64,000 nucleotides of DNA from Geosiphon pyriformis uo1 (lineage: Eukaryota; Fungi; Glomeromycota), in contig JAAOMT010000460.1 of NCBI GenBank assembly GCA_016748015.1, positions 88,820 through 152,819 on the forward strand, written 5' to 3'. A program made the translations under genes and the position numbers. The stretch's first letter is position 1, and each line of letters opens with the position of its first letter. Shown piece by piece: positions 25,535-39,690 of the stretch. The notes under the pieces were generated by a model. The model saw only the letters and a list, made by a program, of their open reading frames with translations. It did not search any database and was not told the DNA's origin.

Positions 25535-28500
25535 AAGATGGCAATATAGAAAAATCAACTGTCTTGGAATAGACTTCATGATAGCCTGGTAAAAGAGGGA
25601 AGCTTTCTCTAAGTTTGGATATTAACATTATCTTGATAGCTTACCAGAAGAGTGAAAAAACACCACTGGATCCTAACAACTATACTTGTTAGCATAGAGA
25701 AAAAAGTTCACATGTTTTTTGGAAAATGTTGCAATTGATGGAAGACAAACTCTGTGTCTTATAACCAAAAAACTCAACAGGTAAATTTACAGCCAGGAAT
25801 AAATCTTCAAAGACTGATAACACTAATATGGCGAAAAAAGCAGACAACTTTGGAAGACAACTCTAAACTAGAGTACCAAATGTTATTATTATATCCTACC
25901 CAGTTTACCCATAATATTATTAACAAAAATTCCAACTGCAAAAAATGTTGTTTTTTCTGTTATGTTCTCTATTCTGCCAGTTTTAATCACAAATTTTATA
26001 TTAATACAGTAATTACACAAATGCTCATGTCTTTTAACTTTACACAAAAAAGAATTATAAAATATTTTTCAAAAGAAAGAAAAAAAAATCTCATTCTGAT
26101 CCAAATCATTATATATCTGATAACTTTTAGAGAGGCCAAAATCTGTTATAACTCTGTTAATCCTGTTTTAATATATACTGCCAAAAAATCTCACAAACTA
26201 TTCACATATTTTAATATGTCTTAAATTGTTCTTTAAATATAACTATCCACTGAACTATAGGCCTTATATATGTTCTGTAAAATCAACTACAGCTACTTAT
26301 TTTTTTTTAATACATTTTCTATAACTGAGCCAATTACAAAAACCAGAGACTAAGTTAAAGTGCTTTTTAATACCAAAAAATTATTTTTACAAAAAACATC
26401 AGATTTATTGTATACAAGAAAAATCCAATTCAAAAAAATTTTTAACAAAATCTTCTTGGCAGTCTTTATCAATACTATTAGCTTTGTATTGATCAACATC
26501 CTATTCTATTCATATGGTTTTGGAATTATAGAAACTCAAGTTTTTTTTCACAAAACAAAAACTGCTTTAGCTTCCAAGCAACTATTTAACAAAAACAACA
26601 AATCATTTATAACCTTAAAACTGTAGTGCTTTTATAGCTTATTCAAAATACCAGATAAGTTAGCAGTCTTATTATTGGGTAAATTTTTTATCACTTGGGT
26701 CAACTCCTTTATGTTGATTTGCTTTATAACTTCAGAAAATATGCCATTTTTAACATAGTCTAAAGGCATGTATTGGCAAAACCATAGCTTTGGCACTATT
26801 TCAAGTATCAATTTCTTCCTTATCTAAATTTTTATTATCACATTTATTTTGTTTCTTACCAATTCAGATTCCAGAACCAACTCATTATTAACTACCAAAT
26901 AATCTAACACAACTTTATAAAAAAATCTTTTCAAAATGCTTCTAATTATCTGACTTTTATTAGTGCAAAAATCTTCCATCTTTTTGTCAATAGTATTCTT
27001 AATAATGGCCAACTTTATAGTCTCAGATTTATGATATTTGGATATCTGATATTTTTTTTTAGCTTCTAATAATTGAAAAAAAATCTCTTTGCTTTTAGTT
27101 TTACTCTTAATCAAAAAAAACATCAAAGCAAATTTACTAGCATCTAATCTTAACCAATTTCGTCCAAAGTATTCAAAATCACTAATATTCTTTGAGGAAA
27201 ACACTTTGACAATTTTTGAAACCAATATTTTTAACTTAAAAAACTTAAAAGAATGTTTATTCTTAAAAACATCATAACTCTTAGACCATTTTTTAGAAAA
27301 AACTTTATTTGTTGACTTAATTATTATCTTTTTTAAAAACTCTTACATAGCATTCAAATTATTTATTATATTTGCCTTTTGAAATCCACTTAGTATAACC
27401 AACATATTTTTTAATGAGCTTTCTTTGAACTAATTTTATTTTGAAATATTAGCATTCTTAAATTCAAACTTTTAACAATCTCTGTTTGTTTGTCTCTAAA
27501 TAGCATTTAGACACTTATTAAAAAGACCATTCAAACCAATTATAATTACAATAGATGAGTAATCAATATCAAAAAAACCAAAGACATTTTTAATCTTTTA
27601 ATTAATTACAGCTAACAAAAAGTATTTATTAATTAAGATATAATTAATAATCTTTTTTATGCTTCTCAAATTGCTTCATATTAGGAGCCTAGTTACTAAA
27701 ACACTTGACAAAAAGTTGTGCAAACCCAAATCAAAACATTTCTTAAAGCTTACACTTTTTTTTGTATTATTTTTGTTAAAATTACTCCCAAATATTATGT
27801 GAAAACTTGAGTTGATTGCTTTAGCAATATAAGAGTTTATCTTAAAAGCTTGACCAAACTGTACACTTGTCAATATACTAACATAAAAACCTAAAATTTC
27901 CATAAAAGTTTTACTACCAAACAACAAATAAATTGAGAAAAAGTAATCTGGAATTTTAAAAACTTTGTATACATAACATATAAGCATATTATCTATCAAT
28001 ATAATTACTTCTAAGTCCAAATATCTAGAATTTAAACCAGAAACAAAAACTTTCAAACCTAGAAACTTGTTTTTAATCCAAGATCTAGATTGTTTTTTCA
28101 GCTTTATTTCAGTAACAATAGAAACCAAATTGCCAGATTTATTGTGTCACTCAACTATATCTTTCTGTTTTGTTAAATTGTTTATTCCTCTAATATTACA
28201 TGTAGCTATCTTCCAAATAAACAAACTTATTAAAAGAAAGAATTTACAATAAAAACCAAGCCAGTACACAATTAATCTAACTTTGTCTAAACTGATCTAA
28301 TAGATATCTTAAAAGCAATTTTTTTTAATTTTAAACAACTTACTTTAATGGTCAAGACTTTTAAATTACTTAAATCTAAATTCAAAGCTTTATTATTTAC
28401 AACTGGAAAAAAAAATGGGGAACACCTAAAAATTATTTAATACCATATTTAAATCTGAATTCGAATTCAAAGACACAAATACAATATGAAGAAAAGACTA

Positions 28501-30200
28501 AAAAATAGATACCAAGAGCACCAAATCTATACTGCTTAGTTTTTTTTATTATACTTGACATCTGATTAACCAAAAGTTCTAAAAAACATTCCAAAAAAGC
28601 CAAATAAGCATCAATAAACAAATTATTTTGAACAATTAACACACTTTTTTTAACATTTAAAGCACCATAAAAAGAAAAGCTAGAACCAAAACCAGAATAA
28701 GTATTATCAGAAAAAGCAGCAAATAAGACCACTTATATCTAAGATTTATTACTAAAGACAGCAAAACAGAAAATAAAAACACTTTTCTTTGCATACAACT
28801 TGGTTAATTAAAGACAATTCACATTTAAAGCAGGCTTTTTAAATAGTTTTAAAAACTTAGAAGTAGATGCATTTGGTGGATCACACTTTAAAGCAAAATG
28901 GTTAAATCTCCTATATTTTTTATATCAAACCAGATCTATTTTAGCCCAAGAAAATTTCATATCACCAAAAATTAGCTCTATATAAAAAGCAAATTCTAGT
29001 TCTTTTTCTAACTTAAAGCCAATTACAACACAATAAATTTGATTGCCAATTTCAAGTAAATGATTAATAACATAAGTTTTTCTACCAGTCTTTTTTAATA
29101 AAGTGCTCAGATTATAAACTGTTGTTTCCACAGGCAAAATAAACAGAAGCATCTTAAATTAATCTTTAAACATCTAAGTATCTTAATCTTCTATGGTCTT
29201 TGTTATACACACTGAGTTTTTTTTAATAAGGAATAATTACTTAGAAGCCAAATAATCAGCCTGTCCTAATTTAGCAAATTCTATTATTGCTTTCTGCCAT
29301 AGTCCAATAAATTAAACTTTAATAGACACAATTTAACTATATTCAGCAACTATAACAATAATTATTTCTTTTGGCATGTTTATGAAAATTTTTTTAATTA
29401 TCATAACCTAATTTGACCTAATTTTTTGTTTCTTAAAATCACTGTTTACCACAATGTCTTTTTCTTTAACCAATAATATGGCTTTTTTTATGCTCTTTTC
29501 TAATATAAACATTGATCTAATGATTTCTTCAAATTTTGAAAGAGTAGTAACCTCCTCTAAAATTATTAATTATTGAAAAAACTTCCTAATTAACTGAATT
29601 TTCACAGTTGTCAACTTGTCTTTTACAGCTAAAAGATTAATATCTAATGCAAAAAATTTTCTAATTGCTATTTCAATCTGTTTTTTAATTATTTTCAGAT
29701 CAATTCACTTTTTGTCAAGAAAAACAAATAGGTAAAAAGAAAAAAAAACCTCTTTTTTATTATCTATATTAAAGATTAAAAAGCCAATCAAGGAGTTAAC
29801 TATAGCACTAGTGTTGATCTTTTTTATTTTAGGTGTATTTATTTTAGAATCTGACTGAGCTTTACTCTTACTATTAGTCTTATTATCTGTATCTATTAGC
29901 AAATTGGCTATTAATCCTCTCTGAATTTCCAAAACTTAAATTTGTTTTATTACCAGAATACCAAGTGATAACTTTTACTTTTATGTTAAGCTTTCATTAA
30001 CAGAATTTGAACTTAAAGCTGTAATTTTGGTTGACTTTCTTCTAATACCAAAACCACTTATAGTGACAGTCAATTAAACAATAAAAGAGTTTGATATTTG
30101 AAAAATAGTAAAATATCCAACAACAAAACAGAAAAAAAACTTTTTTTAAAATTTTAAACTTTTATTTATTATTTATAAAATTAAATAATTAAATAAAAAA
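23250..30200 (-). mobile_element. LINE copy 3 (ORF1 RRM; ORF2 APE-RT-RNase H), 3'-truncated
   Basis: ORF fragments match the other LINEs: SIVTEIKLK, FGSNFNKN, FYKVVLDYLVVNNELVLE, DIRFFANVVLRK, KVKGHFGVLSN. Interrupted at the RT active site by a solo LTR. Confidence 0.88.
25009..25916 (+). mobile_element. Solo LTR, family C
   Basis: TGTTACC start and mutated ...CCCATAATA end (the other copy ends TGTAACA). TSD TCAT/TTAT. Removing it restores LINE RT 'AVGIFVNDIIWI'. Contains TATAAAA at ~25208, ~20-bp tandem repeats at 25111-25170 and a poly-T tract at ~25490-25533. Confidence 0.88.
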
Positions 30201-32459
30201 ATATATAAATAAAAACATATAAATATTTAATATTTTAATAAATTGTGTTTTTATGTTTTGGTTAACTGTATTTATTACAATTATATATATATGATTTTTT
30301 TTGGTAATAAATTATAATGTTTAATTTTTAAGTATTTTTTTTAATAAAACTAATAAATTTTTAATTAATCTAAATTTATTTATTTTGTTTGTATTATTAA
30401 GTTAAATTTTAAAAAATTCTTGAAGATTTTGATTTTATATTAATTTAATAAGTATAATTATTATTTTTTTATATTTATTAATAAATTTTTTTAATTATAA
30501 CAATATTTTATTATAATTATTATAATTAATAGTTAAATAGTATTTTATATTAGTTTTTATACTTTTTTATATTTAATTTTTTGTTATATTGTATAATATA
30601 AAATACATATCATAAATTTAAAAATAATTAAGAAATTTGGTATTAGTATTTTGTTTAGATAATTTTTTATTAATTTTTGGTTTATAAAACAACAAATATT
30701 TATAATTATATAATTGTTTTTTATTTATTATTATATTATCAAATAAATATTATTTGAATATAGAATTCAATAATTTTTGAGTGTGTTATTATCTTAAAAT
30801 AATAATAACAAATAATATTATAAGATATGTTAAATATATATATAAAAAAATAAGAAATAAAATTACAAAATACAAATATGTATTTTTAAATTATATGTTT
30901 TTAATTTTTTAAAGTTTTAAATATTTTTTTTACCAACTTTAATAATTATTGATTTCCAAAAAATTTGTTTAATATTGTATAAATTTTTAATAAATTTATT
31001 TATTATGTTAATATTAAAATCTTAAAAATAATAAAATATTAGACTTATTTAAATAACTTTAAATATTTATATTAAATATTTATTTATCTTGACATAATTA
31101 TTTATAATATTTATTTGTTCTAAAATAAAATACAGATATTATATTATTTTTAATCATTTTATAAATAATATGTAGAAAATAAAATATTTAATTATTTTTT
31201 TATTAATCTTTAAAAAAATATTATAATTAATCAATACTATTTTTATACAAAAAAACTTAATTTGATATTTAAAAAAATTATTTAACTAGATTTTATCTTA
31301 AAGTTTTAAATTTAATATACTAATAATAAAATTACACAAATTACTATTTATTATTGATATATATTTAATAAAATTTTTAATATAAAAGATAATTTAAATT
31401 TTAATAATAAATATTTTTAATATAAATACATAAATATATGTTTATTAATTAAGATAAAAAGCTTTAATCAACTAATTTTTAATACTAGAATATTTTTTAA
31501 TAAGCTAAAATTATTGTTTATAAAAATATTTTTTATATAAGTTGTTATAATATATAAAAAAGTCATAAATAAAACTATTATATTAATTATAAAGCTTAAA
31601 TTTAAGATTTTTTGGTAGATTTTTATTAATATAAAAAATAAAATAAATTATATATATAATTTTGTATATTTTTTAAATTACAATATTAGTAATAAATACT
31701 AATAATTTTATTATTGTTATTTTTTTTATATATTTTAAGATTTATTTATTTAACTTAGTTATTTTATTTGACATAAAAGTTTGTATAACAAAATACAACT
31801 TAATATTATTGTTTATAATAAAAAAAAGTAAAATAGTATTTAATATTAATTAATTTTTACAGTATTGTTATTTAAAATAATATTATAATATTTTAACTAA
31901 AAAGCAATCTGTATTAATAATATTTAAATAAGTAAATAAATTAATTTTTATTGTTTAACTTAAATTTAATAGCTTATTAATAATTATATAATTTATAATC
32001 GAAAAATGTTGTTAATAAATACAATATATTAAGTTTTTTATTAGTATAAACTTTAAATTTTTGTATTATATTTAAAAAATCATAATTAAAATAAATTTAG
32101 TTGAAATTTTTGTTTTTAATAGTTTTTTTTAAATGTTAATTAACAAATTTCTATTTTTAATAAAAAATTAAATTTTGTTAAAAACATTTTAGAAATATTT
32201 TAATATATTAAAACATAATATTAAGTATTAGAATATAATAGATAATTATATATATTAATAAAAGTTATAAATAAGACATTTTATAAAGAATTAATATTAA
32301 TATAACATTTATAATTTTGGTATTTTAATTTATAATTATTGTGATTATAAAAATTAATTTTTTTTAATTAATAATAATTATTATTATTCATAGAAATTAA
32401 GAATTATAATAGTAGATAAAATAGCCAATCAGAAATAGGAATAATAAAAAAAGAAATTC

Positions 32460-32804
32460 TAAGATTCTTTTTAAAAAATTGCAGGATTTCAGAATTTTAA
32501 AATTTTAAGATTTTCTTCAAGAAATTACAAGATTCCAGGATTTTTTTCAAAAAAATTGAAAAATTTTAAGAAATTTTATATAACATAAATTATATATATA
32601 TAGCAGAAATATTAGAAACAGAAAAAATAGTGAAAAATTTAATAGAGTTTAGAACAACAATACTTTTTCTTTTAAAAAATAGTTTTTTATAACTTGAAGT
32701 AAAATCACATTAATATTAATAAAATATTTAATTATCATTCAATTTATGTTATTGTCACTTGATTAAGAATATTAATCACTTTTCTATTATTAATAACTCA
32801 TGTT
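32460..32804 (+). mobile_element. Family A 3' non-coding fragment (left of the LINE 1 insertion)
   Basis: Matches the reverse complement of 22070-22147 plus 23096-23210, and continues at 39691. Confidence 0.7.
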
Positions 32805-32946
32805 TTTTTTTGTTTTTTTTTTCTTTTATTTAATGAGTGAAGTCTAAACATTGCCTAATGCAATACATCATACAAAATGATTTAAACTAGGTGTGAATCA
32901 TGCTTTTTCTATATGTAACCAGCCACTTGGACCAATCAGGACAACA

Positions 32947-35900
32947 CTATACACCTATATGAACAAAAACTTTATTACCTATGCCTGAAAAAAACAAACA
33001 AGACTTACAAAAACTGAAACCAACACTAATTGCTTCAGCAACACCCAGCAATCCAATCACGTCTGCCGACAGCACTAAAAGAAGCCCAGAAATCAAGATA
33101 GGAACAGATTTATTGTGTAGAATAAGCCTATTTTTTTCATAAAGGCATGGTGCTTGGCACAAACCAACCAAATGTCTTCCCAAAAAGCATGACTAAACTC
33201 ACACACAAAGACCACAATGGTCTGACTCACTACTCTGGAATCTTTGAAAACAGAGACAGACTCACAAAACCAATTCTTGAAAACAAAACTCTTGCACAGA
33301 GCAGTGCTGACCAAAACGTTAGATGAACAAATGAACAACAGCTGCAAGACAACTGAAGAAGAACGACCCAGACCAGATTGCACTCCCTAAGCTGAAGTAT
33401 AAGAGTCCAACAAATGAGCACAAACATTGGCATCAAATGGACAAGAAAAAGCATGGTCTGAGACTTTGACATCACCACAAAACAAACACACCACACTAGA
33501 GTAACTTTTATCATAAAGCCATTTTCACACGGCAACAGAGAGCTGAAGGTGCAATGCTTTCATAAAATACGTCCAGAAACCAGCAGTCTGCTTGCTAGTA
33601 AAACCAGCAGCCATGTGAGAGTCTGGATGCCATACCAGCAATGATCTGAACCAATCAATATCCACACACAGACTATTTACTACCACCCATGAACCAGAAC
33701 TGATTTCCCAATGTGCATAATGGACTGACTGAAAAACATCCTGAACAAAATACCTAGAATTACCAGAAATGGCAGTACCATCAACTCTAAGATAGTGTTC
33801 ATTGATAGAATGAGACAGATTCTAGCTAGAGAGAGCCACAGCTCTGGCCAACTTATCTGCATGCTTATTGCCTAAAACACCTGAGTAATCTTTGATTTTA
33901 TATCAATTAATGTTCAAATTCTTATGACGAATGATGTTCACAATGTGGCAACATTCAATCCAATACTGATTTCTATAATCCAAGTGAACCAAATTCAATT
34001 CCAACTTGCAAGCATCCAAAGCTGCTTGACTGTTTGAGAACAAGTCAATTGAGCAAAAAAGAGGAATACACTCGAGAACTAGAGCAATGACTTGCAACTC
34101 TGTCAAGGTAGAAGACATCAAACCAGAAACTCCCACATCCAAATCCATACTAATGTCCTCAAAAAAAACAGCAGCCCTGGCTTTCATATTAACAGAGCCC
34201 AAGCCACTTAAAGATCCATCCGTATAGACAGAAAGATGACCAACATCAGAACACAACAAATTAGCATTAATAGCACTAAACCCACACAAATAAAGAATAT
34301 TTAAAGAGCCACCATCATCTAAAGGCAAGGAATAGACAGAAAGAGAGGATGCACCACTAAAAAACCAAACAGAAAGCTCAAACCAGACAGGAACTGAACC
34401 ATGCAGATTCAACCACTTCCACTGCTTGAAGGTTTTCCAATCAAAAATAGCCCCACTTTGGTCAAGTAGCTGATCTATGAAGGCAATCCCATAATGCCAA
34501 AGCGAAGAGACACACTTAAAATAGGTTGATTCACCAAGAACACAAGACATAGAAGTTCTACTCCGATGATGAAAAGCATTGGTTAGAGAACTACCCAAGA
34601 ACAAATTACTTTCAGAGAAAATGCATACTATACCAGCCAGAAAATTATTCAAAAAGTTGACCTTAACATGAACTAGATACTGCAAAGAGTAAAATGGACA
34701 CCAGCAGAGGACCTGAAGATCATGTGACTGATGAGAAAATAGACGACCCAAAATACCAATAGAGTTTGCAAAAGAAATAACTGAAGCCAACTTATTCTCA
34801 GCCTGAATCTGTTCAAAAGTTTTTAAACTGTACAGAGAAGAATAATGAATTGCATCACTAGGGAAGTCATACAGCAGGCCAGACTTAGATTTCAAGCCCT
34901 TATGAATCAGAGCATCCCACTTTTTACAAACATTGACAGGAATATAACTGAATTGTGTTCTATAACCAATGATAGGAAAGAAGACTACCAAAACCAAATA
35001 TAAAAACTGTTTATCAGATACTGCCTTCTTGAGAACTAGATTAGCAAAAAACTGGACATCAGAATATGCTTTGGCCAGGCTAGGTTTGAAAAGACCCTCA
35101 GTCAACAGATAGATCCCTAAATAGTAATGCAATTTCTCTTTCTTGGCAATAGAAATAGATGACCTGCTGATCAACAGGGAAAGATCCGCAACCTTGCAAT
35201 TGATGGGAATGGTCACAGTCTTATCATTATTAATTAAAATATCATTGATATCAAAAAATTCACTAGCAATGTTGAGAATATGCTGTGTAGCACTTCAACT
35301 GCTGCCAATCCATATAGTATTATCAACAAAGGCACCCACAGTGAAAAAAAAGGAGAGACCAGCCTAAGATTTGGCACAACCACATCCAGAAATAAAGTAA
35401 AAATTCAACTTATATCTACACCCATCTGCCTGTCTCTTGACCTCACATAGAAGAGGATTATAAAATATGTGCCAAAGGAGTGGTGAGAACACCTCCTCCT
35501 AGTCCAAGCCATCATGCACTCTGTATTCATCCGTCAAACCAAAATTTGTCATAATCTTATTAACGCAATCATTATGAATACCACCAAAAAACTTAATGAA
35601 TCTGCTATACATTTTTATCCTAACCAAACTGTTTTGAAGATGCTCCCATTCAACAGAATCATAAGCCTTCCACATGTCTTGCAAGACCAACCAAAGTTCA
35701 CAACCCTTCTCCAAAGCATCTTCAACCACTGAACCAATGGCAAAAATGGGTGACTGTATTGTCATACCCCTCAGGACCAAAAAATTGTCCCCATGCAAAA
35801 CATCAAAAGTACTACATACCAATGAGATTCTATTCAAGAGAATTTTAGAAAGAATCTTGCAGGCAGTTTCAATTAAAGCAATAGATTGGGTGTTCATGAG

Positions 35901-37634
35901 AACTCTATCTCACTTATACAGCTTAGGAATCATTGAAACCCAAGCTTCTTTCCAAGCACTGGGTACTGATTCACAGATCAAACAAGAATTCAAAAGCACC
36001 AAAAGCATATCCAAAACTGATTTATTGCAATGTTTCTAGAATTCATTCGAAATTCCAGAGAAACCAGCAGCTTTACTCTCAGGAAAATTAGAAACCATAC
36101 CAAGCAACTTATCAATACCAACAGGGCATATTATGCCAAAAAAGGGATCATTGAAAACATACTCCAGAGGCTGGTGTTGGCAGGACCATTTATTTGAGAT
36201 GTCAGGCATTACTCTGTGCTTCCTGGTCCAACCTTCCATGATCTCATCCACCCTAGATTTAACTAGAATTGGTTCCAATACCAATTTGTTACCTACTACC
36301 AAATGATCCAGTACTATCTTGTGAAAGGGGCGCTCCAAAACACTTCTAATGGTGTAACTCTTGTCTGATTCAAAGCTCTTTATTCTCTTATTAATAGCTG
36401 CCTTGATACACACTTCTTCAGTACACCTGGATTCCAGCAACTTAGAAGAGCAGTAAGATTTCCTCACCTTAGCTAGAGCCAAGCAAATTGTGTCAAAATT
36501 AGAACCTGAAAGAAATAAAGACTTTATTACTACTGCACCATCAGCATCAATTTTACACTATGTATCCAACAATAAAGCAAATTCTACATTAGAGACCAAG
36601 CAAGAAGCCTTAACCAGCTTAGACATCAGCAACTTCAGCTTATGAAATCTTGAAGAATCTTTAATGAAAACCCCATCAAAATTCTTGAACCATTTCTTCC
36701 TAAATATCTCATTAGCTGAAAGAGTCATTATTTTGTGCAAAACATTTCACATGATATCCAAATCCGAGAGTTGTACAGTGGCTTTGAACTTATTGGCAAA
36801 CATACTAGCATTGGCTGAAGTGGCATCTTCAAAACTTTTCTATTTAATGTCATCAGTACCCCTAAAATTAAACTTCTAACAATCCCTATTAGTCTGTCTA
36901 CAAAGAGAGTTTAACTGAATATCTAGTAGACCACCCAGGCCCACAGAAACAAAAACTGCCCAATGATCAATGTTGAAATGTTTGCTCACATTCACAACAT
37001 TGTGATTCACTACTGCATTGACCAAATTAGATAAAACTAGCACGAAATCAATTGTTTTTTTCACATCTCTCGAATTTTTCCATGTAGGACTTTTCACTAC
37101 TGAGCTATCTGACAAAGAGTTGACCAGTCCCAAGTCTAAACATCTTTTAAAACTCACACTCTTACACAAACTGTCCTCATTGAAATTACCACCCAAAACA
37201 ATAAAAGAAGATTTATTAACAGTCTTAGCAATAAGAAAGTTGATTTCACCAGCCTAAGAGAACTGAACTGTTAAAAAAGCACCAGCATATAATCCCAAAA
37301 TAGACACAGAAAGTTTATTCTTGAAAAGCAACTTAATAGACAGGAGCCGACCAGGCACCTCAGAAACTTTGCACACATGTCTTACCAAAAAAATGTCCAT
37401 GACAATCACAATGCCAAAGCTCACATGACCAGAATCCAAACCAGAGGTAAACACCTGAACACCATCAAACTTATTCATGATCCATGGGCGAATTTTACCT
37501 TTTAACTTGGTCTTAGTAACAATAGAAATCAAATTGTTTGTTTCCTTATGCCAATGAATTATATTATCCTGTTTCATAGGATTGTTCATGCCCCTCACAT
37601 TGCACATGGCAATCTTCCAAACCAAAACACTCAT
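32947..37634 (-). pseudogene. LINE ORF2: APE endonuclease, RT, RNase H, C-terminal Cys/His finger
   Basis: APE: CNVRG, GGNFNE, IDFVLV, IDH. RT: QDMWKAYDSV, GAFVDNTIW. RNase H: VYTDGS, STLTELQ, FSNSQAAL. Finger: CLFCGDVKVSDHAFSC. Multiple stops and frameshifts. Confidence 0.92.
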
Positions 37635-39548
37635 TGAGAAATAAAGACAGCCGATAAACCCAAATCTGAGCACAAACAATCCAATTTTTCCAAAACAGAT
37701 TCAACCAAGACCTTTAAAGCCACCATCTTGGATTCTAAACCACTGATTTTAGTAGTCAAAACTTTAGAACTACTTGGATTTATAACAGGAGCTGTATCAC
37801 TAATAACAGGAAGAAATGGGTTGGGAATCACTGAAACACCATCTAATACCATATCCAAATTCAAACCTAAAACCACAGACACTGGAACTGCCAGGAAAGA
37901 AGCATCAGATGTATTTGCCAAAGACACCAAATTTATGGAACCCAATTTTTCCAAAATACCAGAAACCTGGTCAGCCAAAAGTTTCAGAGAGCATTCCAAA
38001 GAAGCCAAGCAACCATACATGTCATAATCACCAAGTGAAACAGAAGCAAATAGGGAGGTTTCAGCAACAAGGAATGGGCCAGCACCAAAAAAAACCAAAG
38101 GAGCCACATGAGAAAATAAACCACCAGCTACCTGAGCCCAAGTTCTACCACCAAAAGAAACTAGACAGGCAATAGGAGCTTGTTTTTTCTTATAAATACC
38201 AGCCAAACAAACCCGATCCTGGTCAGTTACTACCTGCTTCTCATGAACTCCAGAAATCTTACCAGATAAACATGCATCAAAGATATGACCATCACAAATT
38301 TACACTCTTAAAAACTGGATTAAAACCAATTGCAGCCAACTTTAATTCCTCATCAGCAAAACAAACCACAGCACATCTGTTACAGACATAAGAACTAGGA
38401 TTGCAACCAATAAAACAGATCTTCCCACCATATGAATCAAGTAAACCAGACAAATCATGAACAGTAGTGCCAACTGGTAAAGTATAGAACAAGACCCTAT
38501 GCTGATTTCTGAATATCCAAGATTGTTTATCTTCAACAGCCAATGCCACCTGCACAGAATTCTTTCTTATGAGAACTGACCATTTAGAAGCAATCAAACT
38601 AGCCACCTCTGACAACTCAAACTCAACCAAAGCTTTCTGCCACAAACCAATCAATTGCATCTTAATTGACACAATCTTACCAAACTTAGCAAAAACTGAC
38701 TCAACTGCTGATCTGGAAAGATTTACTGGAATTTCTTTGACAATTATTTCCTGATTTGAACAAATGCCCAACTTTCTAACATCATTATTTATTAAAATCT
38801 TCTCACAAACTGCCAATTCCTTAGCCTTGTTAAGACTCAACTCAGAAGTAAAGGAGGATCTGATGATCTCTGAGAATTTTGAAGAAGTAGAAGCTCTCCC
38901 AAAACCATCCACTTGATAAAAAATTTTTTTGATTGCAATTAACTTATTACTGTTCATTTTTCCAGGCACAGCAGATAGCTCAATATCCAATGCAAAAGAT
39001 TTGACTGGCTTGAAGTTTCTTTTTTCTAAAACACATAACTTAATACTCAGTAGCTGATTGAAATCTTTGAATTTAGAAGGCAGGAGAGCTACTATATTCT
39101 TATTATTACTTAAAACGTTGAATGAAGGAGCTTTCGGAGGTTGACTTAACACATATATGTGAGTGCACGTTTTCTTGGGTGTAATATTGTCCTCTATGCC
39201 ATCAACCACAGAATTGTTCAAGTCAGCATAACTAGTTTCTTCAGTGACAGTATTCTTCATGTTTTCCAAGTCTGACAGGCTGCCCATACTACTTGCTTTG
39301 TTTTCCATTTTGCTGCCCCAAGATTTTGAAAACCTACCATTAACATCACCAATATTGGCCAGGCCCAATGGACCAGCAGACAAATCAACCACACTGACAC
39401 CAACTTTAGGATTCTTAGACTTCTTATAAGATGCACTGTGAGAGTATACACTATTCACCCTCTTTTTTTTTGTATCGAACTGGTTCCCCAAACCAGCAGA
39501 AGTAAATCCAGAGCCACCAACAACATAACTCGCTAGTTCTATGTTCAT
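37631..39548 (-). pseudogene. LINE ORF1: RRM-like domains, partly deleted zinc knuckle, C-terminal coiled coils
   Basis: IIVKEIPVNLSRSAVESVFAKFGKIVSIKMQ...KALVEF (RRM) and heptad segments LECSLKLLADQVSGILEKL. Broken at ~38292 by a small deletion. Confidence 0.85.
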
Positions 39549-39690
39549 AAATAAAGGTATGCTTGAAAAAATAGTTAAAATACAAAGAGAATAAGGAGTA
39601 AGGAAGACTTTTTTCTTGACAATATCTCGCTCTCATTGTGACTGAGGGATCAATAAGAAAAAGATTGATTTTTGGTTTTAAATATTCTCT

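Larger units (their letters stand above)
32805..39690 (-). mobile_element. Full-length LINE copy 1 (~6.9 kb), least eroded non-LTR element
   Basis: Poly(A) tail (T-run 32803-32830), TSD TCATGTT (32798-32804 / 39691-39697), 5' UTR shared with 40193-40340, ORF1 and ORF2 recognisable end to end. Confidence 0.93.

Noticed and set aside
31860-31960. KKQSV-like word suggesting a Copia RNase H
   Set aside because: A single short motif in near-pure A/T sequence with no supporting upstream or downstream motifs.
35143-39429. Plus-strand ORFs overlapping LINE 1 (and similar antisense ORFs over other elements)
   Set aside because: Shadow frames of ORF1/ORF2 with no independent motifs.
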